Positions 13,200-25,925 of a stretch of 64,000 nucleotides of DNA are shown piece after piece. The notes beneath the pieces are model-generated. The model did no database searches and was not told the origin of the DNA. It saw only the letters and a list, made by a program, of their open reading frames with translations. The stretch comes from Camelus ferus (taxonomy: Eukaryota): NCBI RefSeq assembly GCF_009834535.1, contig NC_045698.1, positions 8,558,001 to 8,622,000 of the forward strand, written 5' to 3'. A program made the position numbers and the translations under genes. Numbering within the stretch: the stretch's first letter is position 1; every line of letters begins with the position of its first letter.

Positions 13200-13590
13200 C
13201 CAGGTTGAAGCTAACCCAGGCACGTCATTCCACTGACCTGAGAGACTAACTCAGATGTACGCAAAATCTAAGATGGAAAATAAGAACAGAAAAAGCTTCT
13301 TTTGGTGATAAAGAAGAAGGTTCCTTTCTCTGGCTGATGTATTTGGAAATGTGACGCAAAGAAGTGTTGTAGCCTTTGTTGTGTGAAAATGAAATACACC
13401 CTGGAATCAAGCTGCTTCTTTGGAGAGGACTAAGTGAAGGCAATAATGTAGACACATTATGGAGCCCTGATCAAACCATGCCTGAAGTTCACATACCAGC
13501 AGGCTTTTCAGATATGTCAAGCAATAAATCCCTATGCTTATTCAATTTTTTTTTTGATCTTTATGGGACCAAAGCAACGTGAACTACCAC
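13200..13590 (+). mobile_element. Old MaLR LTR fragment (MLT1J/K-like)
   Basis: ggagccctgatcaaaccatgcctgaagt...ttttcagatatgtcaagcaataaatccc, typical of the 3' half of old MLT1 LTRs. Confidence 0.55.
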
Positions 13591-14335
13591 CCTTCTACAT
13601 ACACAAAAATGTAAACACATTCTCAAATATATACCTTCATGAAGCCACATAATTGGGCTTTTTCAGAATCATTTGTATCACATTCTTCCAGAATAAAGTG
13701 AAACAGCATTGCTTTGCCTCAGCCAGCCGAACCCTGGAATGTCTTCACAATCTAAAGTGTTCTCTGCTAATTTATAATTTTATTAGCTTGAATAACTCCC
13801 ACCCTCCATCACTTGTTATAAACGTATATTCACTATTTCTGCTCTTAATTGGGTCTTGTACGAACTGAGATGCACATCCAAATATTTCCCAAGCAGCCAA
13901 TAGTTTTAGTGATACATATAGTTCATTTTATGTCAGCATCCACTTTCTAAAACAGCTCATAACTGTTTTAGAACAAATATTTTAATAAGCATTTTAACTG
14001 AAATGTTAATCAGGCTTTAAAATGAAGCTGTGATTTCCATGCTTTACTAAAAGTCATTGGTGAGCACACTTACTGCCCCAGGCAAATCCTGTAAGAATTT
14101 GATTAATTATTTGAGAAGTATAATCTATTACAGCCACCATAAAATTGCTAAAAGAATTATGCTATTGTTGTAATAACTTTTGGAGTTTTTAATTTATGCC
14201 TGCTTGTGTACCTAATAATATTTTCATAATCTGTGTATTTTATTTACTGTATAGCTTGATGATTTCCAGCATATGTAATTTTAACATTGATGAAATTCAA
14301 ATATTTCAAAGTTCAGTTAGGTGGTACCCAAAATA

Positions 14336-14492
14336 TTTTTTTAATTGAGGTACAGTCAGTTACAATGTGTCAATTTCCAGTGTACAGCACAATGTCCCAG
14401 TCATGCATACACACACATATATTCGTTTTCATATTCTTTTTCATTAAAGATTACAAGATATTGAATATAGTTCCCTGTGTTTTACAGAAGAA
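14336..14492 (-). mobile_element. Camelid L1 3'UTR fragment A
   Basis: Poly(T) then ttaattgaggtacagtcagttacaatgtgtcaatttcc...ttccctgtgttttacagaagaa; homologous to the reverse complement of 4600-4752. Confidence 0.9.
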
Positions 14493-14583
14493 AGATATTT
14501 CACATTCTTTTCTCACTAAGTCTTTGTAGTTAGGTTGTATTTTATGCTTACAGAACATCTTAATTTGGACTAGCTTCATTTTA
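14493..14583 (-). repeat. 91-bp inverted near-identical copy of 33984-34074 (internal part of a MER3/MER33-like element)
   Basis: Reverse complement matches 33984-34074 at 90/91 positions by manual alignment; single mismatch at 34050. Confidence 0.95.
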
Positions 14584-14812
14584 TTTTATTTGTTATTTTC
14601 ATTAAAGGTTATACAAGATATTGAACATAGTTCCCCGTGCTATATGGAAGAAATTTGTTTTTTTTAATCTATTTTTATATATAGTGGCTAACATTTGCAA
14701 ATCTCAAATTCCCAAATTTATCCCTTCCCACCCCCCTTCCCCCTGGTAACAGTAAGATTGTTTACTATGTCTGCAAGTCTGTTTCTGTTTTGTAGATGAG
14801 TTCATTAGTGTC
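14584..14812 (-). mobile_element. Camelid L1 3'UTR fragment B (lacks the normal terminal ~90 nt)
   Basis: ttttcattaaaggttatacaagatattgaacatagttccccgtgc...ctaacatttgcaaatctcaaattcccaaatt...ttttgtagatgagttcattagtgtc; homologous to the reverse complement of 4435-4655. Confidence 0.9.
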
Positions 14813-16817
14813 AAATCATGCCAATGCAGACTTTAAAATGAGTTTTAAATGTGTCTATACTTTGAAACAGAACACAGTTTTGTGTACCTGTGGAGAGCAA
14901 TCCGGAATCTCATACATAAGAGGGAAAACATCTTGATGTTGCAAAACACTGAGTTCCCAGTGGGTACCCATTTAATTAAAAGACTTGGTAGACGAGGGCA
15001 GTTCACGTCCACGTGGGTGGGATATCACTGACGGATGTATTAACACTGTAGTGGGCGGCTAATTTAAACAGCTCTGTGACAGAAAGGCAGATCTGTCTAA
15101 AAGGAACCTCAAAGTGTGAAAGCAACAGTGACAGCACATGGGCTGATGGGACGGAGGGCTGCACAAGGCATGTGAAAAACCAAGTGGATGGCATGTGGCC
15201 AGGGGAAAAAAGAAAGCCATACAGCAAATGATGAGCTCCTGTCGGTGAGGGCTAAGTTACCCTGAATTGTATCCAAGCTGCCGTTTTAATGGGCAAATGT
15301 CAAGGATCTTGCCAGCAATTCCCAGGTCTCAGTCTGAAAAGGACTCTGCAATGTCACTCAAATATAGAGCACTTCCCCCCTTGATCAAAATAAAATGAAA
15401 CATCGAATAAAAGCATAGCAGAAATAACAAACTTAGTGTTACAATACTTACAGTGTTACAACACAGTGGAGGTTACAATACAGATTTATGGTTAAGATTT
15501 CTTAATGAGGTAAGTGAGCTGGTGTGTCCATTATTATGATGAAATGGAGCTAAGCTACAACTGACCAGAGCAGATTTAATAGATTTATATTATAAAAGGT
15601 AAACACTTTTCAAAGAATTTATCTTTAAGCTCTTCTCTCATTCTGCAGGAGTCTCATTAATGAGAGTTTTATGGATACTAGGATCTTACCTGCTAAAGGA
15701 ATTATATCTACAAATTATATCTAAAACCCAAATCCCTACAAAATGCAGGTTCATTAAAAGAGGACAGGTATCACTAGGGAGTGATGTACAGCCAAATATA
15801 GAAATAGCACGAAGATAGCCATGAATGAAATGAAAATGAAAACAAAGAAATTGAAATTATTTCAAAACCATAGAAAACTGTGAAGTTTCTGTACCAATGA
15901 ATTAAAATTAAAGTTAACATTAAATGTTAATTAAAACCAACATTCAAGTAGAACTTTTACCTGTATTATTTTACTTTCATACTGAACTTGGAAGAAGTTG
16001 TACCACCAAGGTGCCTCCCTTCATAGTTAAACAATAGTAAAGGCTTAAATGAGAGATGTCACTTGACAAATTGTTTCAAGCGACTGACAGCTACTGATCA
16101 CTTTTATAAAACCCTTATGAGACTCTGAGTTATCCTGATTACAGAGCAGTTAGTTGCACTTTGTGCTGTGTAACAAACATTGCCTGGATTCCGATGCCCA
16201 ATTTTTTAAATCTAATTATGTTTAAATGGTAAATACCTTACATGTAAGCCAGTGGTCATTTGCGATCAATTCGATCATTCCAGTAATAGGGCTTGTGCCA
16301 GCCATTTCTTAGTCTAACAGGATAAGGAGTGGAACCCTTCCTGGTGCCCGGCATTTCAGCAGAAGCCCAAAGCAGGTTCTCACTCTATGAGTGAGAACAG
16401 CTGAGATGAACTGCAGTCAATTTCTTTCTTGCTAAGAGGTGGGGAGTCTGGTCCTAACTTCAGGAGAACAGAGAGGAAGGCTCTACCTCCGCCCCTCATG
16501 CCACTGGTGGAGTCTCCAAGATACCCAGTGAGATGTAACAGAATGCCTGTGAGGAGAGGAGACGGCTTCCCCTCATTCTGGTGGATTCAGGGTTCTGTAG
16601 CTGTCAGGCAGCAGCAACTATTAAGTTTCCAACTATTAAGTTTTCCTCTCCACTTGGGTCTTCCTGAAGACATACGGAGGAATGGGGAGAAAATGACGCG
16701 AGGAATTCAAAAAGGTTTTCCTTGTTTCTTGTGGACTTTTGTTATACCGGCTACAGTTTTTATTACAAAGCAATAAATACACTTTAGAACAATTTTACTA
16801 CAAAAATGACAAAGTAA

Positions 16818-17289
16818 CAAAAGAAAGGACACAAATGAACTTCTTTACAAAACACAGACTCACAGACAGAAAACAAACATGAGGGGGGAGGGTATAGCTC
16901 AAGTGGTAGAACGCATGCTTAGTACGTGTGGGGTCCTGGGTTCAATCCCTGGTACCTTCTCTAAGAACAAATAAATAAAGTACTTACCTCCTCCCCACCA
17001 AAAAAAACCCAAACCTTAAAAAAAAACAAACAAAAATAAACATGGTTACCAGTGGGGAATGGGGGTGGGAAGGGGTAAACATGGAGTTTGGGATTTGCAG
17101 ATACTAACTGCTACATAAAAAAACAGATCAACAAGGTCCTACTGTACAGCACAAGGAACTATACTCAATGCCTTGTAATGGCCTATGATGAAAAAGAATA
17201 TGAAAAGGAACATACATATATGTATAAATGAATCACTGTGCTGTACGCAAAAAATTAACACATTGTAAATCAACTACACTTCAATTGAA
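16818..17289 (+). mobile_element. L1 3'UTR fragment with 16-bp TSD, carrying a nested Vic-1-type SINE
   Basis: TSD aaaaatgacaaagtaa at 16802-16817 and 17290-17305; L1 3'UTR motifs (aaatgaacttctttacaaaacacagactcacagac...aaggtcctactgtacagcacaaggaactatactcaat). Confidence 0.9.
16882..17032 (+). mobile_element. tRNA-Ala-derived camelid SINE (Vic-1 type)
   Basis: ggggagggtatagctcaagtggtagaacgcatgcttagtacg...gtcctgggttcaatccctggtacc has Pol III A and B boxes, followed by an A-rich tail. Near-TSD aaaacaaacatg (16870-16881) / aaaataaacatg (17033-17044). Confidence 0.9.
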
Positions 17290-18384
17290 AAAAATGACAA
17301 AGTAAGACAAATACTAGAGTGGAGTCTCAGATGACCACTCACACATGCCAACATAAATAAAAAAAAAAAAAAATCTCCCATTTCTCCGTAACAATTTTGA
17401 TTTTTCTGAGCCTAATCCACCAGTTGGTGGAAAATTAAATTTCACCGCAGTGAGGTGATTCAGGCAAGACTAAATAATTTAAACTATCTAATGCGGGCTT
17501 TACCTGTACGTCTGGGATCAACACCCATGATTTCAGAGTCTGGCCTTCCCCTTTCTTTTCTTCGATGGTGCCCAATGGGAATGTGAGCGCATGGCCGGGG
17601 GATGGCCTCTGAGAACTCCGGATGCCCTCTGTTCTGGGCTGTTGGCCACCCGGGGAGTGGAGGGGTTCTCTGTCGGCCTCTGCTACAAGTGCTGGGGCTG
17701 GGAAAATGCCCCAGTCTGCTCTCATGCTCTGGGCTGGGCAGGGTCAAGTGTGCGTCCCCTGACTCAGGTGGGCCAACAGGTGCTCTCAGTCCTTTTGAGG
17801 TTTGGATGAATCCAGGCCAAAGCAATCTTTGCAGCATCCTTGACTGCATGGTCCCTCTTTCTGACCATGGCAACATCCCTAGCCAACTCTCCAGGAGGAG
17901 CCTCAGCAGACTCCTGGGCCCTGTCCTGGCAGCTGGTGACCTTGTCCCTGATAAGAGGACTTCAGGGGGACACAGGAGAGCTAGACAAACCTGCACTCTG
18001 AAAAAGCCCTGAAATTTACTTTGATGAGTCTGCTTTTACTCGGTAGCATGCAAAGTGAACTCTTCTCTGATTGCTAAATGAAGAGCCCTCAACAGCCCGT
18101 AGCTTTTGGCTTTCTTCTACATTTATCTAGCATGTCTCCTTCTTTTTTAGAACTTCTGTTTGGAAGAGGGGTGACAGGACCACATGTCTGACTACCTGCT
18201 TCCCCTGCTTTTGCCTCGTTCCTTCCTAACACTCACATCTGATCAGGACTCAGAAGTGAACCGTATAGTCTAACTTGTCAATTCTGGTTATTGATATGGT
18301 AAATGGGATTAAGGAAATATGGACAATCCTTCTGTGTGCATACATCACAAGGCATTCATGACAGCCATGTTAAAAAGTTAATGT

Positions 18385-18520
18385 GGGGCGGGGGAGGGGG
18401 GTAAAAGCTTAGTGGTAGATCAAGTCTTAGCATACACAAGGTCCCTGAGTTCAATCCGCGGTACTTCCATCAGTCAATCAATAAATAAACCTAATTACCT
18501 CCTCCACAACCCCACCCCTC
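18385..18520 (+). mobile_element. tRNA-derived camelid SINE (Vic-1 type), more diverged copy
   Basis: ggggaggggggtaaaagcttagtggtag...aaggtccctgagttcaatcc...aataaataaacctaattacctcc; flanked by aaaaagtta on both sides. Confidence 0.85.
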
Positions 18521-19712
18521 AAAAAAGTTAGAGTCAAACTGTGATTCAAGTTGCCTCTCCACACTAGGCAACATCTGTCTCCTTCCCCAGACGATAAATC
18601 TTAAGGCCCAAATGCAGAATGGAAACGGTGCAATAAACAAGTCTGCATGTAAAAATTTAAATGCATTACTTCAATATTTGCAAAATATTATCCATACTAC
18701 ATTAGTTTCTACTCCAAATCTAATCACACAGCCTGTATTCACATAACTCTATGGTAAATTAATATAATGACAACAGTACCAATTCTCAAACTAAGATATG
18801 CTCATAAAAAGTTTTACATATTCAAGTGAAATTCTTTTGGCCATTTATCCTACATACAAGATTTAATTTCTCGCAATTTACAGAATTCCTCCAACTCAGA
18901 CTTTTTCTAGATGGTCTGGAAATTAATGTGTTACTTTGAAATAAGGTCTTCTGTCAACGGGGCACTCACTAAGATAGTTGCTCTATTTCTATTACATAGT
19001 TGAGCAAATTTCCTCGAAACTTCCAGGCATTCCATGAAGTGGGTTTTAAAGGACGCTCTCTGTCTCTACATTTGCAGTAAATGCCAGGTTTGGTTCATGC
19101 CACAGGCTAATTGGCAGTAGTCTGACAGCCCCAGGATTCTCACAGTAACAGGAATTATCCTCAAAGGTAAATTAAGCTTGCTGAGGGATTTAGAATTTAT
19201 AAATTAACCACCATTTATTAGTCAAACTACTAATGTCCACAGTATTCACTAACAATGTCTCCCCACATACTATAAAAATAAAATCTCCATTTATAACTTT
19301 AATTCATATGATTTTTTTTGTAGATAATATAACTTTGACCAGTGTTCAAACTACTTTCTCTGTTTTTTCACACTGATTGTTTTTTAACATATATCACATA
19401 CAATCTAAGGTTGAAAATTCATCTGTCAGAACTTAGGGAATGGAACACTTGAGTTTACTCAAGCCATTTTATGTAAGGTTTACCTAAGAAAGAATCATAA
19501 AGAAATACTGAGCTCTGATTCATGGTCTGCAGCATCAAACCCTAGTTGGCAAGGATTTAACTATATAGTGAATATAGTGCACTTAAGGTCCACAACTTAC
19601 TTTTGTATTGCAAATTGATTTATTACTTTCCTTTGTCTCCATTCAGGGTAACGAATTTTAGGGAAGATGATTATGTCTAAGGTAAAGTTTCTCTTGTTCT
19701 ATATATGCCTCT

Positions 19713-21352
19713 TTTTGTGGTAAGAACACTTTAACTCTGCTCACTTCGTAGATTTCAAGTATACAACACATTACTATTAACTACAGTCACCACACTGTGC
19801 TATACGTTGTCTCTCCCGAAGCTCACCTTCTTACTGAAAGTCAGTTCTCTCTGACCAGAAGCCACTGATTGATTGCTTCCTCCCTCCAGCTTCTAGAAAC
19901 CACCATTCTACTCTCGTCTACGAGTTCAATTTTTTTGGATTCCGTATACAAGTGAGATCACGCCCTATTTGTGTCTAGCTCCTTTCACTCAGCATAGTGT
20001 CCTCTAGTTGTCACAAATGGCAGGATTTCCTTATTTCCTCTGTGTTTGCATATCTTTGTGTGTGTGTGTGTGTGTGTGTGTATCACACTTTCTTTATCCA
20101 TCCATTTGTTGATGGACATTTAGGTTGTTTCCATATCTTGGCTGTCATGAAAAATGTTTCAGTGAACATGGGACTGAAGCTATCTCTTCAAGGTATGGAT
20201 TTCATTTATTTCCTTTACCCATAATACCCAGAGAAGCGGCATTTCTGGATCATACAGCAGTGCTGTCTTTGGTGTTTTGAGGAAACTCCATATTGTTTTC
20301 CACAGTGGCTGCACCAATTCACAGTTACACCAACAGTATGCAATGGTTCCCTTTTCTCCACATCAACACTCGCTATTTTTTGACTTTTTAAAAAGAGCCA
20401 TCTTAACAGACATGAGGCTATATCTCCTTGTAGGTTGATATACTTCTTCGGATAATGAGTGACATGAGCATCTTTCCATGTATCTGTTGGCCATTTTTAT
20501 ATCCTCTATGCAAAACTGTCTATTCAAGCCCTTTGCCCATTTTTAAAATTAGGTCTTTTTTTTTTTAATATTGGATTGTCTAAGTTCCTTATATATTTTG
20601 GCTATTAGCCCCCTATCATGGTTTGCAATATGGTTTGATACATGGTTTGCAAATATTTTCTTCCATTCTATGGATTGCCTTTTCATTCTGGTGTTCCCTT
20701 TGCAGTGCAGAAGCTTTTCAGTTTGATGTGGTCCCACTTGTTTATTTTTGCTTTTGTGGCCTGAGCTTTTTGTGCCACACTCAAAAAGTTATTACCAAGA
20801 CCAATGTCAAAGAGCATTTTCCCTGTTTTCTTTTAGGAGTTTTATGGTTTCAGGTCTTAAATTGAAGGCTATAACCCATTCTGAGTTGATCTTTGTGAAT
20901 GGTGTAAGATAGGGTCTAATTTCATTCTTTTGCATTTGGCTGTCCAGTTTTTCCAACACTATTTATTGAAGAGACTGCCCTTTCCCCACTGTGTATTCTT
21001 GGTGTCTTAGTCAAAGATTAGTTGACTTTATGTGCATTAATTTATTTCTGGGCCCTCTACTCTGTTCCAGTTATCTGTCGGTTCTCTTTTAATGTCTGTA
21101 CCATACCGGTTTGATTACTAAAGCTTTACAATATAGTTTGAAAATCAGGCAGTGTGGTGCTTCCTTCTTTTTTCTTTTTCCTCCATATTGCTTTGGCTGT
21201 TTGAAGTCTTTTGTGGTTTTATACACATTTCAGGGGGTTTTTTTGCCTGTGAAAAATGCCATTGGTATTTTGATAGGGATTGAATCAAATCTGCCAATCA
21301 TGTCAGCGAGCATGGACATCTTAACAATATTAAATTTGGATATATGAACACA
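19713..21352 (-). mobile_element. LINE-1 3' portion (L1MA-like), ORF2 remnant plus 3'UTR
   Basis: Minus-strand ORF2 peptides ([16 protein letters not shown]...GLIAKIYKEL) and an L1MA-type 3' end (gtggtaagaacactt...aagtatacaacacattactattaactacagtcacc). Confidence 0.92.
20057..20080. repeat. (TG)n microsatellite within the L1
   Basis: tgtgtgtgtgtgtgtgtgtgtgtg. Confidence 0.95.
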
Positions 21353-22048
21353 GTAATTGATCTGTGGAAACTTCTCAGTAAGACGTGGCTCCTCTGTAGT
21401 CTATAGTTCAGTAACTAATTAATACTTTATTATTTTAATTCTATTTCACTTAAATACAACTTTAAATAATCACACCAGCAGAAGTGTCCCAAAATAAACA
21501 AACAGCTTCAGTTTACTAAAGGTGAGTTAACAGGTTTTCACTAATAGTATTCCACATTCTTTAAGTAATGGCATGCATAATACTGACAAAGCCCACTTAT
21601 GTAGCCATCAATGTGTACCAGTACTATAGTAAGTGCCTTATTTTTATTATCTTATGTTAAACTGTAAAAACTATCAAATAGGATGGCATTATTATCTCCA
21701 TTTGAAAAAGAAGAAATGAGTCTTAGAGATACGTAGAAAATGGCAAAAAAAGAATTTGAATAAAATAATATCTTGACTTTATGTTACACCTCTTCCATTA
21801 AGTTCCTAACTACTGTCTTGGTTTGTATTTCCAGCATTATGTTTTGGAGTGTTGTCATAAATGATGGTACAATTTGAATTCAGAAAAAAATTGGTTGAGA
21901 AGAAATTTTGGTGACATGGTAAACAAAAAAGGAACAGTGTTTATGAGTTTCAAACTCTCCAAAGCAACTGAATACTAGGATAAAGAATTTCAGTTACTCT
22001 AACCAAAGATTCAAATACCTGGTTTGTGTAACAAGTGATTATTTCAGT

Positions 22049-22586
22049 ATGGTAGGAAGTCTGTAAGAGGGACCTCAGTGAACCCCACATCTGGTATTAA
22101 TGGCCTTGTGTGATTCCTTCCCCATGAATAACTTCCCTCTAACCAATAACAGGCAATGGTGATGGGATGTCATTAGGTTAAATAGATTAGGTAAAGAGTG
22201 TGACTTCATATTGCCAGTAGAGTCTTTTTTGCTTCTTGGCTCTCATGCTGCAATGAAGCCAGATGCCACACTGGAGACATCAATATGGCAAGGAACCGAG
22301 GGAAGTCTCTGGTGAAAAGCCACTGAGGATATGAAGACCTCACTCTGACAACCCGCAAGGAACTCAAGGCTACTAACTACTAAGGGAGCCTGGAATTGGA
22401 CCCTTTTCCAAGCAAACCTTCAGATGAGACTGTACATCTTGTTTCAGGGCTTGTGAGAGACTATGAAACAGGACCCATCTGAGGGCATTTCTTAACCACA
22501 GAAGCCATACAACGATGAACGTATATTGTCTTAAGCTGTTTTGTTTGCAGGGTTTTTTTTGTTAGAAAACAATAGATAATGATACA
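22049..22586 (+). mobile_element. MaLR solo LTR (MLT1E/F-like)
   Basis: tggtaggaag...atggtgatgggatgtca...atggcaaggaaccgaggga...aaccttcagatgagactg...aatagataatgataca. Confidence 0.8.
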
Positions 22587-24139
22587 TTTAATATGGCTGT
22601 TTTAAAGTGATTCAATTATTCTAACCACTGATCATTTATATTTGGTTCTACTTTCCTTGAATCCATATTCTGAGCCTAATTTTAATGCCTGTGTCAACAA
22701 TTTAAATATATACTGAACTGAATGAATAGGAAGTATGTTCAGAAGTAAAACACTGATTAAAATGAGAGGAATTAAAGAGATACACATGGTGAAGATTTCA
22801 AAGTTTGACGTTACTGCCCTCTAAGAAGATGAAGAAAAGATCAAGTTAAGGAAAACCACTAATGATGTATGCAGTTTTTCTCAATTACTGTGTTTTTGAG
22901 TTTGGGCTGGCTGCACTGAGTTGGTTATTATAGTCTATCAGGAATGTTACTGACTCGATTTCGTTCTCAAATATTTTCAAAGAAAATATCTCAATATTTT
23001 TTAGCTTGATGCAAAAAGCATTGCTGTCACAGTTACAGAAGCACACCAGCGGCCTGCCCAAATCATTTATCACAGAGGACATTTTCATATCTGAAGATAA
23101 TGACGATGAAGGTGTAAATACGAGTCATCATAAAACCACTGAGTTTTTTAGCCGTTATGCAGTTCATTTTCATTAACCACCTTGATGTTAAGTATCTTCT
23201 TTACATGATAAAAATTTTGTAAGGTAAAACAATGCTCTCATATTAGTGATTAATTGGGAGAAAGGTGTTATTCATGATGATGTAAAAGGTTTCTAGGCTA
23301 TTAAGTACCACTTTAGTGCCTATTATACAGTTTTACTTTAAAAATTAAATCTTCATTAGGAATTGTGAATGGCATCCAGGGAAATGTTTGTGTGACAAGT
23401 ATAATACACAATACGAGGCACTTTTAATCACCAAACTCCAAAGACTAGATTGCAATGCTCTGTCACCAGCTTCCTTACCACAGATCCTTTACCACAGATC
23501 CTTTATTTGTACGGATACACACGTGAGCATAAAGTTCAACAATCTAAGAAGAGCAAAGATAATTTCTCTCTCTCTCTCTCAAGCACTCCGCAAAAAACCA
23601 CCAACAGCAAAATAACAAAGCATTACTGGTAATTTAAATAAATTTGGAAATCGTCAAAAAGAAAGCAGCCATCAAGCATTCCTGTTTCAACCTGCGTACC
23701 TGACAGAAACAAGCTAAATGTATCGAGTCCTCTACTTGACACATTTACAGAGGCATTAGTGAGTTTTGTGTCTGTACTGTTTGATTATTTGCTTGTTTAG
23801 TTAATTGATGATTTGTAACTGTGATTGCTGAGTATAAGAAATAGGACTGAATAAATCGATTTCAATAATTCTTAAAATGATAGAAATTTTCTAAAGGTTG
23901 ATTATGTTGATAGGGAAATACATGAAAGTATTTAAAGCTACTGCATTAGAGAAGTACAAAATGCGCCAGGTTAGCTTGGTGGAGGGTTTAGAATAGGTAT
24001 GGAAGAGAACAAAGGTGCATCACTTCAAGGAAGAGATTACACTGCTCTGACAGACAGGGAAGTAGGGATGCTGTGGTGATCAATGCCATTTCACTGGAAG
24101 TTTTTACTACCTTTCAAAATACGTATAATGTCACAATTT

Positions 24140-24184
24140 ATATATGTATGTATATGTGTGTGTGTGTGTATATATATATATATA
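24140..24184. repeat. Compound (TA)/(TG) microsatellite
   Basis: atatatgtatgtatatgtgtgtgtgtgtgtatatatatatatata. Confidence 0.9.
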
Positions 24185-25689
24185 GGAATTTTAGAAAATA
24201 TTTGTAAATACTGATTAAATTTTTTAGATTAAAAAGATATTAGACTTTATTACCAGGTCCCTCATAATCTATCCATACTTGAAAAGAAGTGAGTTAAATA
24301 TCGTTTCTGCCAATGAGAAGTCATTTCATAAACGTCCGTAGTACACAGTTAAAAATTCAACTAACAGGCATAAAACACAGCCCTCATCCCCAGACACTTC
24401 TCATGTAGGAAGAAAAGCATTGAAGGAAGGTCAGCAAATGCATTCACTCCAGTCCTGACGGAGGAGGCACGAAGGGGGGAGCAGAAGCGCAAGCGTCCAT
24501 CGCCAGGGGCGAGGAGGTAGCCTCCATCCTACCTCCACAGGAAGAAAAAGCGCTTGACCAAATTCAACATCCTAATAAAAACTCTCTGCAACCTAAGTAA
24601 GAGTACAAGGGAACAATCCCAACCTGGAAAAGAGCTAGGAAAAAACTAACACCTAAAAAATAACAAAAAACTTAACGATTTCCCCTAAGAACGAATGTGC
24701 AGTAAGAATGTATACTCTTGTCACCTTTATTTAACATTGTACTAGAGATTCCAGCCAGTAAAATGAAAGTAAGTGAATAAAAGATACATCGTCTGTTAAG
24801 ATAGAAATGAAACAGTAACTATTCACAGACTACATAATTGGTTATGTACTGATTCCCAAAGAATCTACATAAAGGTTACTAAAACTAACAAGCTCCCTTA
24901 ACAAGACTGCAGGACACAGATCAACATGGAAAATTAATTTTTTTATGTATGTACTTGCAAGGAACAATTGGAAACTGAAATAAAACAATTCTATTTAGAG
25001 TATCAAGATATGTAGAGATAAATGTCATAAAATAACAAGATTTATGCAGTAAAAATAAGGAAAGGAATTTACTTCATGGGTTGGGACACTCAATATTATT
25101 ACTAAGATGTCTCCAAATTATATTTAAATTTGATGAAATCCTAATCAAAATTTCAGCAGTCCATTTCTGTAAACATTGACAGGTTGATAGAAAATTTTGC
25201 ATTTAGAGAAAAACCAAGAAAAAAAATTGAAAAAGAAGAATAAATTTAGAAGACTTATATCACCTCATTCAAGATGTAACATGAAGCCAGAGTGTCCAGG
25301 CAGTGTCTTGTTGACAGAAAAACAGACATACAGAATGAAGGAATAGAATAGATTTCAGAAATATGCCCCCTCACAGGGGAGTCAATTGGTTTTTGACAAA
25401 TGTACCAACATAATTTCACCAGAGATGGGAAAGTCTTCTCAACAACTGATCCTGTAATCGGACATATTTTTGGATATATACATAAAAAGGACCTAATACC
25501 ACAGATTAAAAAATCAACATAAAAAGATCATAGACCTAATGTAAAACTTAATGTGTAAAAATCCTCAGAGAAAGCATTTAGAGTTAGACAAAGACTTTAT
25601 GTGTATGATACAAAAGTTAGGAATCATCAAAGAGAAAAATTACAAAACAGAACTTCATTAAGATCTAAAACTTCTGCTCTTTGAAATAA

Positions 25690-25925
25690 AGTAGACCCCC
25701 GAACAATGTAGGGGTGAATCCACATACAATTTTTTTTAATTGAAGCACAGTCAGTTACAATGTGTCAGTTTCTGGTGTACAGCACACTGTCCCAGTCATG
25801 CATACACACATGTACAGTTTATAAAGGGCCCTCCATATCGATGGTTCCTCCACAGCCACAGTTCTTCTGCATCCGCGGATTGAACCCACTATGGACTGTG
25901 GTACTATAGTATTTACACTTGACCG
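25690..25925. mobile_element. Tigger/MER8-like TcMar DNA transposon fragment nested in the old L1
   Basis: agtagacccccgaacaatgtaggggtgaatccacatacaa...ccctccatatcgatggttcc...gcatccgcggattgaacc...gtactatagtatttac. Confidence 0.6.
25730..25812 (-). mobile_element. Very short camelid L1 3' end inserted in the Tigger-like element
   Basis: ttttttttaattgaagcacagtcagttacaatgtgtcagtttctggtgtacagcacactgtcccagtcatgcatac; same family as 14336 and 4393. Confidence 0.88.

Noticed and set aside
16616..16645. Short tandem duplications (caactattaagtttc x2; also ttaccacagatcc x2 near 23474-23501 and tggtttg x3 near 20619-20650)
   Set aside because: Ordinary slippage products; no repeat-spacer periodicity, so not CRISPR-like.
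16885..16962. Possible tRNA-Ala genes (also 18390 and 37635)
   Set aside because: They carry SINE tails and TSDs and have mutated stems or anticodon regions; they are Vic-1-type SINE heads.
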